From contig CDRNST010000263.1 of assembly GCA_977016875.1 (NCBI GenBank), positions 1,488,001-1,552,000 of the forward strand: DNA of 64,000 bases. The letters are read 5' to 3'. The notes beneath the pieces are model-generated. The model was not told where the DNA came from. It worked only from the letters and a program-made list of their open reading frames with translations, and made no database searches. Source of the stretch: Pavona decussata. Lineage: Eukaryota. A program made the position numbers and the translations under genes. Shown here one piece after another: positions 57,101 through 64,000 of this stretch (positions within the stretch are counted from its first letter, which is position 1; the number at the start of each line of letters is the position of its first letter).

Positions 57101-59617
57101 AGGGAAGAAGAAAGAAAAAAGTAATGAAAGAAAGAGAGGGTGGGCAGATTGATGAATAAGATAAATGATGTGTAAGAAGCCACACAAATGCTATGAAAGG
57201 AATGTGCTAGGATGGATGAATAGGTGGGAAAACAGAAAAACGGTTGGGTAAGGTAATTATTGGCATAATTACATGTACTTGGGATCTGTTAGGTTCTGTC
57301 TCCTCTTTTATGGATCCCCGGCTCCTCGGTGAATTCTAAATCAGTAAAAGTGAACAATAACCAATTTAATGAAGAAACAATAATGGCAATGCTAACTTGA
57401 TAACTTACTACAATTTCAAAATGAATGAAGGAATGCATTCGTGAAAAATTAAAATGACAGAAGTAATTAAGTAGAAAATGGAAGGAAGGAAGCAAGGATT
57501 AACTGTCTACCTTGCGATAATCGGCTCTCTCCTCTGGTGTCAGTGGGGGAAGTTTCAATTTCTCAGCACAGACATGACTAAGTTGTTCCTTTGCCAAATG
57601 AATCAATGATTCAAAACAGTCTAAGGCAGTTTCATCATCTCCAGTAAGGACAAGCCCTGTACGATTACAGTATATGAACATTATTTCAGCTAAAACAAGA
57701 AGCACACATGTAAGTCTCACAAAACAAGACAATGTTCACAGTTGTTTAAAGCATGATTAAGTTAACCCAGGGCTAAATAAAAAATAAATACGATTTTGCT
57801 AAAAGTTTTTGCTCTTCTGTTTTGACCTAAACTTTTAGTATTGAATACTACTCCTCCCAAGATGGAATGCGACTGCATCACAGGACTACCACCCAGCAAT
57901 TTATAAGGTGTCCCTGTGAATGAAGAACTCTCTAATATTCAGGGTGTACTTAACAATATGAGCTTGAAATTTCTATTGCATGATAGTTGAGGGCGAAGCC
58001 TGAATCAACTATTATGCATAGAAATCAAAAGCGAATAATCTACTGCAATTGTTTTAGTATAAATCTACTGGTCATTCAAAACTTAACAATAAGACAGGTT
58101 CACGTTTTTATTGAATAATCTACTCACTGTTACAGAATAGATAGTGTCGAGTAGCATAATAGAAATAAGAAATAGAACACTAATAGATTTATACTAAATG
58201 TACTTGTTAGTTCAGCACTATTCATCATATCCACTGGATGATAACATAGTCACGCATATAGCCAATGCTGCGTTAAACATGGATTGTACCACTGTCTGGT
58301 TATAAGAAATATTGAAACAGTATTTGTATTTGGCACGTGTAGCCCGCAGACGATCTACACAACTGGCCGCAACTTTCTACACTGATGACTGACATTGACC
58401 GCAGGTGAGACCCTCAGGAAAAGCAACTGTTTAAAATTACATGTTTTGATAATCATACCTTTTCCTGCTTTGAGAAACAGCGACATTGATTTTCTTGGGT
58501 GCTGTACTTTACTTTCAAATGCTTCCTTCATTACTGCAAGGAGTTCTATTTAAATGCAAAAGAATAACAATTTTTTTTTCATTAATGCAATGAACGAACT
58601 GCTGCTGCTCCTTTAGCACCACTGGTAACTAAAAGCAACACTCTATAATCAGAACAAGATCTCATGGCTTAAAATCTCTGCTAGAATCACAAGATCATAT
58701 TGGTTGTGCTCAACACCTAGCCACTGTTTAACTTAGAGATGTATCATAGGGCAGTGGGGANNNNNNNNNNNNNNNNNNNNNNNNNNNNNNNNNNNNNNNN
58801 NNNNNNNNNNNNNNNNNNNNNNNNNNNNNNNNNNNNNNNNNNNNNNNNNNNNNNNNNNNNNNNNNNNNNNNNNNNNNNNNNNNNNNNNNNNNNNNNNNNN
58901 NNNNNNNNNNNNNNNNNGATTTAAAAGCTTGTTAACTGGTTGCAGTTGCTTTGAAAAGCATTCTAGACCAAAGTGAAGTCAAATGTCTCCATCTTTAGTA
59001 TCCCGCCCCCAAAACGCTCTCTCATCCTCACTCATTTGCAGTGAGATAAAATTTGAAAGGTTGCCAGGCCATAATGCTTTGCCAAACCCTTGATTAACCA
59101 ATTGAATTGAATTGAATTAATCCCATGGCCAGATCAATCATGATGGATATCCAGACAATTTTTCAATATGTCTCATCAAACTAAAGATATGGAAGGATAT
59201 ATGATCTGTTAAACAAAAAAGGTTGTTTCCAGCACTATATATTGTCTTTAATAGCCACTTTCAATCCCTGGGTAGACAGTCACCGTTGCTGTAGTTGCCG
59301 GATGCAACAGCCCTGTTTAACTAATGCCAATATGTTACCTTGTCGTTCATGGGTGCATTCAGGGGACCCATTTGATGTGCCCCTGTTCACGTCTTCATCC
59401 CTACTGACAGCATTCTGTAAAAATTCTGGATTGGACAAGGGCTCATGGATAACAGGCTGAAATGCTGGTTGGAGAAAGAGAAACAGCATCAATAAAGAAA
59501 CAGCCGAACCTCCCGTAAGCGACACCCAAAATGCTAAGATTTAGTGGTCGCTTACAGGAGGTGTTTGCTTACGACAGACAAACCATAGGGGGACTCCTCC
59601 AGGAACGGGTCTGACAT
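33145..59617 (-). CDS. Dbl-family Rho guanine nucleotide exchange factor (Trio-C/Kalirin/p63RhoGEF-like DH-PH) with TPR-like flanking regions
   Basis: Phase-consistent exons: 59573-59617 (putative start MSDPFLEE), 59339-59456, 58459-58545, 57511-57656, 55226-55905, 54596-54662 ([16 protein letters not shown]), 54363-54469, 54182-54251, 52425-52517, 51142-51234 ([27 protein letters not shown]), 50527-50577, 49795-49872 ([13 protein letters not shown]), 49629-49664, 41116-41262 ([16 protein letters not shown]), 40052-40232 (DPCKWAVW), 39830-39872, 38802-39150, 37908-38054, 36726-36805, 36111-36167, 35293-35447, 34219-34342, 33145-33364 (stop). The DH-PH part is certain; the 5' end is less so. 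Confidence 0.85.
33801..34155. mobile_element. AGGGAGCT-type MITE
   Basis: tagggagcttaagcaacgatgaagacgac..ccgtcgtcactgctaaagct; body homologous to the 30818 elements. Confidence 0.7.
34736..35210. mobile_element. Inverted-repeat element (probably composite)
   Basis: aacaaatcgacggcagttttctatggtctatactct / agagtacagaccatagaaaactgccgtcgatttgtt; internal part resembles 57950-58200. Confidence 0.6.
35595..36665 (+). repeat. ~105-bp satellite, degenerate to near-perfect copies, surrounding a RhoGEF exon
   Basis: Unit ataaacagcaccacaggaaagtactgctcagtagctttcatttgaatg..actcaaaagttagaatcaccttgtacagcata at ~36277, ~36382, ~36486 and ~35595. Confidence 0.85.
37424..37818. mobile_element. TTAA-flanked MITE (Kolobok-like)
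   Basis: ttaaggacggtgcctac..taggcaccgtacttaa; a terminal fragment is also present at ~9165-9193. Confidence 0.75.
38200..38375 (+). mobile_element. Penelope-like terminal-repeat palindrome containing a minimal hammerhead-ribozyme core
   Basis: ~80-bp inverted arms; core CTGACGA-AGGGC-TAAC-GCTC-GAAA-AGTC at 38287-38314. Confidence 0.7.
39190..39627. mobile_element. MITE with perfect 21-bp TIR
   Basis: tagagagatttagcatcgcgt / acgcgatgctaaatctctcta. Confidence 0.8.
40266..40725. mobile_element. Two tandem MITE copies (agagattaagagtcgcgttt family)
   Basis: Related bodies (acagcaagcggcaaat..acgtttgccg..attctt/ctaa..ctctcta) at ~40266-40515 and ~40516-40725. Confidence 0.6.
41640..42505. mobile_element. 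TTAA-flanked MITE (Kolobok-like) carrying a nested LINE 3' fragment
   Basis: TIR ttaaagggacactgtcac / gtgacactgcccctttaa. Confidence 0.75.
41991..42371 (+). mobile_element. 3' end of a CR1/L2-like LINE with an internal 139-bp tandem duplication
   Basis: taggaagcctata..tataggcttccta hairpin, aataaa, (ATTGA)n and poly-A tail; duplicated unit 41991-42129 / 42130-42270. Confidence 0.6.
43116..44054 (+). CDS. Rhodopsin-class (class A) GPCR, intronless, copy 1 (cnidarian melanocortin/adenosine-receptor-like type)
   Basis: Seven hydrophobic segments; GN (TM1), LAxxD (TM2), SVDRLLAL (DRY variant), [13 protein letters not shown]. First in-frame ATG at 43116 (the ORF track start at 43101 is TTG). Confidence 0.92.
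   Translation: MAFTNLTEVPKKTFFEDLPCSTEFNRGVHNYLVVLLALNGFVAITAFLGNTLILVALHKESSLHAPSKLLFRNLAITDLCVGLIVEPICVTYLILSLKERWNICRYAFAIFSTTALTLGPISLFTLTTISVDRLLALLLGLRYRQIVTLKRIYRIVVVFWVVSFTGATTLFWIEHITAWYGCVVVALCIVTSIFSYTKIFLTLRQNQIQAQGNVHQGQPSQPVQLKTARYKRTVSSALWVQVALVVCHLPCTIVTILHLQRGVTSNLYVAWFYSANLALLNSSLNPILYCWKIREVRQAVKDTLTGLFCRSG
44671..45600 (+). CDS. Rhodopsin-class GPCR, intronless, copy 2
   Basis: Paralog of copy 1 with the same 7TM motifs; intact ORF. Confidence 0.92.
   Translation: MAFTNVTKIPKKTLFEDLACSTEFNREVHNHLKILLALNGFVAITAFLGNTLILVALHKESSLHAPSKLLFRNLAITDLCIGFIVEPLCVTYLILSLKERWNICRYAFAIFSTTALMVGPTSLFTLTTISVDRLLALLLGLRYRQVVTLKRIYRIVIVFWVVSATGATTLFWIEHITSWYICVGVGLCLVTSIFSYTKIFLALRHNQIQPQGNVHQGQPSQPVQLNIARYKRTVSSALWVQLALVVCYLPLAIVKVLRLQRGVTSNLYVAWLYSATLAHLNSSLNPILYCWKIREVRQAVKDTLSRLFC
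46233..47162 (+). CDS. Rhodopsin-class GPCR, intronless, copy 3
   Basis: 309-aa intact ORF with the same 7TM motifs. Confidence 0.92.
   Translation: MALKNFTEVSKETLFKEFACSTEFNRGVHDHLVVLLVLNGFVAITAFLGNTLILVALHKKTSLHAPSKLLFRNLATTDLCVGLIVEPLCVTYLILSLKERWNICRYAFAIFNTTALTSGPVSLFTLTTISVDRLLALLLGLRYRQVVTLTRIYRIVIVFWVVSTTGATTLFWIEHITMWYGCVVVALCLVTSIFSYTKIFLTLRHNQIQVQGNVHQGQSSQTVQLTIERYKRTVSNTLWVQLALVVCYLPFAIVTVLQLQRGVTSDIFVAWFYSVNLAHLNSSLNPILYCWKIREVRQAVKDTLTGLFC
47805..48734 (+). CDS. Rhodopsin-class GPCR, intronless, copy 4 (most divergent in TM3/ECL2)
   Basis: Intact ORF with the same 7TM motifs; first in-frame ATG at 47805. Confidence 0.92.
   Translation: MAFTNLTESPKKTLFKELACSTEFNREAHNHLIVLLALNGFVAITAFLGNTLILVALHKETSLHPPSKLLFRNLATTDLCVGLIAEPLCVTYLILSLKEQWNICRYAFVMLNTTGNILGAVSLFTLTAISVDRLLALLLGLRYRQVVTLKRIYRILVVFWVASTTGMTITLRNERITAWYGCVVVALCLVTSIVSYTKIFLTLRHNQIQGRGNVHQEQPSQPVQLNIVRYKRTVSSALWVQLALVVCYLPFAIVSVLHLQRGVTSNIFVAWFYSANLGFLNSSLNPILYCWKIREVNQAVKDTLTGLCC
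50236..50450 (+). mobile_element. tRNA-derived SINE
   Basis: Same family as the 9428 and 22219 copies. Confidence 0.75.
50599..50960. mobile_element. MITE (TTAA-type ends)
   Basis: ttaaggaaactgttcataac..gtcttgaccactcccctaa. Confidence 0.7.
52636..53556. mobile_element. Non-autonomous DNA transposon with TA-CCGT ends
   Basis: taccgtgtagcatgaaaattttgc / gcaaaattttcgtgctacacggta; repeated ccgcaaaa subterminal motifs. Confidence 0.75.
55965..57140 (+). repeat. Purine-rich (GGA/GGGA) compound minisatellite in a RhoGEF intron
   Basis: Repeating ~65-75-bp units such as gggaaggaatgaaagtg(c/g)agggaaggaggaaggaacgaggggg. Confidence 0.9.
58761..58917. other. Assembly gap (Ns)
   Basis: Run of n. Confidence 1.
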
Positions 59618-61024
59618 ATCTACTTTTTCGAAGAGAATTAATATTGCATAGTTACATTTTCCTAGCTCCAATACAAGCAGTCCTAGGTTGTCACTAATTA
59701 GGTTCCTTGTAAACTTTGAGTAGTGTAGTATATACAGTGCAGAGGACATGGAGATCAGACCATGTGTCAAGTGGTCGCTTACAAGAGGTTAAAAACAATG
59801 AAAAGTTATAAAGCCATCAGCTCAAAAAGTGGTCGCGATAAATCATGAGGGGTGGTCATTTATGAGAGATTACAAATAATTATGGGACTTTGACTGGAAA
59901 AAGTTTCAATTGGTGTTTTGGATAGGTGGTTGTTTATGGGAGGTGGTCGCTTACGAGAGGTGGCCACACATGCATGGAGGTTCAACTGTATTACTAGGTG
60001 GACTGTGCTGTAGGTTAAAAGGATTGGGTAGACTGTGCTGGATGCTAACGTTAACGTTTAAGGCTGCTTCTAGGACTGTCACTAATTTTCAAAATGGTGG
60101 TTTCAAATTACAAAGAGATGCAGCACATTGTCTCTATAGCAGTTAATGCAGCTATACACTAGACAATTATGCAACAGACAAAACAGTTTTAATTAGACGA
60201 ATGTTCTTGATGTATTTGAAACACATGTACATGTACACTATGCTAAAAAAGGGAAATACTTGAAAGAGACAATTAAAAATATACACTGTCTAAAATACAA
60301 TCCATCACAAACATTAAAATTAACAAGGGGTGTTAATTCATGCCCATAACTTGAGCCTTGTACTTGCTACAAAACACATCATATTCTTCAAAGAGCTCAA
60401 AAAAGAGTCATTTGTTAATCCAAATGAGTACACAGATTCTAGCATAAATTCAGTGGTTTGAAACTGGCACAGTGCGTGGCTTTTGTGGAATCAAACTGTG
60501 GAATCAAAACGCTCCATGAGCAAACTGGTGAATTGAATGAAATGATATTTTGGATTATGTCTAAAGTTATCTGCTTCTTTGGTTTTTGTACCTAGTGTAT
60601 AAGCAGCAGTTGTTTGCTATTAATGTAAGGAAGGAGCAAGAGAGGGAAGGAGGGAATGAGGGGGGAGGGAATGAAAGTGGAGGGAAGGAGAAAAGAACAA
60701 GGAAGGGAAGGAGGGGGGATGGAAGGAATGAAAGTCGAGGGAAGGAGGAAGGAGCGAGGGAGGAAAGGAGGGAAGGAGGATGGAAGGACTGAGTGAGGGA
60801 GGGAGGATCTGTGAGCAAACTCGTGAATTGAATGAAGTGATATTTTGGATTATGTCTAAAGTTATTTGCTTCTTTGATTTTTGAACCCAGCGTATAAGCA
60901 GTAGTAGTTTGCTATCAATGTAGCAAAGAAACACTGCTGAAGCCGTTTTAATTAGTGGTTTGATAGATCCACATTGTCACTTTTACATGTTTCTTTTTTT
61001 TTTTTTTTCAACCTTTGGAGAGTG

Positions 61025-61524
61025 TTACTGGGTTGGTGTCGTGGCGAAGCCCTCAAGCTTGTAATCTGTGTCTGTCCAAGGATCAACTCCTGGAGGGGCA
61101 CATTCTACAGTACCGGACAGAAGCAACCTAACAGGGATTGCATTACTGGAACACTTAGGGAATGCTTAGGGAACGCAAAGCAGAATGCTTAAAGAACGCA
61201 TTCAGCGCAGCGTTCTCTGTTACATTACTTGTCTGGTACTGTATGTTATTTTTTTCTTTCTCTACATTTTTTTTTCAGACTGAGAGGTAATATTTTACCG
61301 CATTTACCATACTGAAAACAACATTAATCGTAATGTACCATATTATTTCTCCATTCCGGCATGTAATGAAAGGGCTCTATCAACCAACTAGTGAATGTCG
61401 GGTGGCTGTGCAGCGGGCCAGAATATTTATTTGTTTGCTTTTGAGGGTAATCATTCAGTAAAAAAAACCATCCCAGAACCTCCTTTAAAACCACTTCGTG
61501 AAGGAGCATTCTGTTTAAATATTG

Positions 61525-61587
<63 letters not shown>

Positions 61588-62406
61588 TAGTCTGTGTTGG
61601 TTTTTAAATTCAAGCACTAAAAACTGAGTTTTCAAGGAGTATTCAAAGCAAGTATACTTTGTCAAGTGCACTATGTTTCGAAATGTTTTCATTAGTCAAT
61701 AGCAACTTTAAAAAAGCTCCCCCTGACATAATCTGTCCCCAATTTTGAAATCTGCGTTCAATCCCTCAATTACTTTGATACGATCCTACAATATTTCCCA
61801 TCCGACAAAAATTCAAGGAGTTTCTCATTATTTCAAGCACTTTCAGCAAAAATTCTTCTTTATTTCAAGGGCTTTTCAAGTGCCCTTGAAAACTAAAATC
61901 AAATTCCAGGGCTTTTCAAGGACTTCAAGGAGTAGCACGAACTCTGATTATTATTATAATTAGTATTATAATTATTATAATTAAAGGGAACCTCCACTCT
62001 GACGACAAATTGGCAGTTAAGTGTTGGATATAGTGTCCCAATTCTAAATTTTAGTTTAAAACGCAGAAATGACATTTAAGTGTGTTAAAATTAGACATGA
62101 TTATCGACTATGTTCGCTTTTAAGTTTCCTGGGCGCAGCCATTTTGAATTGTATGATGTGTAACGGTTGCCACTATTGTTATTCATTAGAAGTTCTTTTG
62201 TTTGAAACAATTAAGCAACCGTATTACGTCATGACATCCAAGATGGCGGCGCCCGGGAAATTTAAAAGCGAAAATAGGCGATAATCAAATCATGTTTTGT
62301 CTGACACTGAAATATTATTTCCATGTTTTCCAACGAAATTTCAAAGCTTGCCAGATTATATTTTCAACAATTTAGCGTTAATATGTTTTGAGAGTGGAGG
62401 TTTCCT

Positions 62407-62449
<43 letters not shown>

Positions 62450-63845
62450 CGCAATGGAATTAAGTTTTAAAAAGAAATTGCATCCCACATGAATTGTAAC
62501 CAGAGCAAACTACATGTACAAGCATCAAATTTTGTTTATTACTATAGAGTCTGCCCACTTTTATGTGTAAGGACGTCATTTTCACTAGCACCAAGTTACT
62601 TTGGTTGCAGCCAATGATTACGTGACAACAATCAAAATAATATGACAATCAAGATGAATATGACAGCATCAGTTTAAAGGGGAAATATCATGCGAATTTG
62701 ATGTCATTTCAAAACCCAAAAATGTTTGTCTATCAAGAGAAAGAAAAAACAGTTGTCTAGCTTTATAATAAATTATTATCTCAGTGCAATCAAACTGTCG
62801 ATTAGTGTCTCTGGCTAAAGACAGAGTAGGTCGGAATGGATTGAAACTTGAAAAATGTAAGGCTAATGTTTTTCAAGTTTTCGCATTTTGTTTCTAAAAC
62901 GCGCTAGAATAGATCATGAGTTGTTCCTTTCAAGAATTTAGTTGATTTCTTTCCTCTCCTTTTTCTAGAAGTATTTTGTAGCTATGTGAAGGTCTTATTT
63001 CACCATTTTTTAACCAGAGAGGTCAAAAACCCCATGATACTTCCCCTTTAAGCCCTGTTTGTAAAATGTGGTTTTTAAAATGCCTTGCATAGTACTCACA
63101 TGTTTGAATGTTGAATACGTGCAGTTCTGCCTATCAAAGTCAAACTTTTAGAAAATATCTGCATAACAGAAAAGTTTGTGCCTAAGTTTTGGTAAATGAA
63201 AGGATTTAGCAAACAACACCTCTACTAACTGTATGTTTTCTTTCCAGAACAAAAAAAATATTCATTGTGTTGATTTTTTTGTCCTGTAAACTATGGCAGA
63301 TGATGATGAATATGTTATTATGTAGACTAATCAACGATTTATGATTTTGATTAAATTCTGATTAAATTAATATAAAGTTTATATAAAGCCCATAGATCAT
63401 ATAGAGCGACTGATGCAACAATATGGGCGAGTGCTATATCCATTCATTAAGATAACTTGCTTGTTGCGCATGTACAGTTCACAAGTAAAAACACATGAAA
63501 GTAATTTATGAATGAGTAAAATTAGCAATTCAAAAATTGGAAATAATGCTTGTGTCATTGAACAAAAATGTAAACAATGGGCAGTTTAAAGTTGATACCT
63601 GATCTCCAGAGAACAGTTATCTCAAAGTGGAAACAGCAATATTCTAGATCAGCAAAGCAAGGCAAAGATTTTTGGCTATGTTGCCGCTGTTACTCAAAAA
63701 GTTTAACGAAAATGAAAAATAAACACATTACGGTCCGGTGGAGTTCCAGACTATTTTGGAAAATGGAAACAATGCGTGTCCCATTAACTGTAAACAATGC
63801 ACAGTGTAAATTTGATACTGACCTGACGGGAGAACAGGATACGAC
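61025..63845 (-). CDS. 3' exons of an unidentified spliced gene entering from beyond the window end
   Basis: Candidate exons ~63823-63844 (RILFSRQ), 63100-63158 (IFSKSLTLIGRTARIQHSN), possibly ~61339-61510 (MLLHEVVLKEVLGWFFLL..PFHYMPEWRNNM), and a terminal exon starting at 61127 whose stop depends on which upstream exon is used. Splice signals are good but I recognise no family. Confidence 0.45.
61528..61585. repeat. (AAT)n-(ATT)n inverted microsatellite
   Basis: Read directly; self-complementary. Confidence 0.9.
61981..62410. mobile_element. TTAA-flanked MITE (Kolobok-like)
   Basis: ttaaagggaacctccactct / agagtggaggtttcctttaa; internal inverted ttcctgggcgcagccattttg / caagatggcggcgcccgggaa. 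Confidence 0.8.
62674..63051. mobile_element. TTAA-flanked MITE (Kolobok-like)
   Basis: ttaaaggggaaatatcatg / catgatacttcccctttaa; second copy at 20043. Confidence 0.8.
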
Positions 63846-64000
63846 TTAAAAAGACAAGAATTTTAACCTTGAAATTTACTTTATACTTAAACCACACCAT
63901 GGATAATCTCCAGTTAAATGGTTGAGTTAATCTCACAATTATCGATCTACGATTACTTTATAAATGACTTGCAAAGTGAGTTAATGACAGTTGCGATGTT

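Noticed and set aside
58320-58430. Possible intronic H/ACA snoRNA (hairpin gtgtag/ctacac followed by ACA on the minus strand)
   Set aside because: No proper ANANNA H box and the pocket-to-ACA distance is too short; cannot be supported without a covariance search.
58741-58924. ORF running through Xs
   Set aside because: Artefact of the assembly gap.

Overview
Eukaryotic, AT-rich, intron-rich genomic DNA. It is most likely a stony coral or other anthozoan (inferred from the repeat families and the GPCR type). I assembled spliced gene models by hand from GT-AG boundaries and reading-frame phase. (1) KNL1/Spc105 kinetochore scaffold, minus strand, with SILK and RVSF motifs and a 3.5-kb MELT-repeat exon; its 3' end runs off the window start. 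(2) Intronless TYSND1 peroxisomal protease ending in SKL, head-to-head with KNL1. (3) 11-exon ACSF3 malonyl-CoA synthetase, minus strand. (4) A ~23-exon Dbl-family RhoGEF whose DH-PH resembles Trio-C/p63RhoGEF but is flanked by TPR-like helical regions. (5) A tandem array of four intronless rhodopsin-class GPCRs nested antisense in one RhoGEF intron. (6) The 3' end of an unidentified spliced gene at the right edge. Introns and intergenic DNA are full of MITEs (several with TTAA ends, Kolobok-like), tRNA-derived SINEs, a Penelope-type palindrome with a hammerhead-ribozyme core, and mini/microsatellites. One N gap lies at 58761-58917. No CRISPR array, rRNA or convincing functional tRNA. Family assignments rest on motif recall, not database searches.
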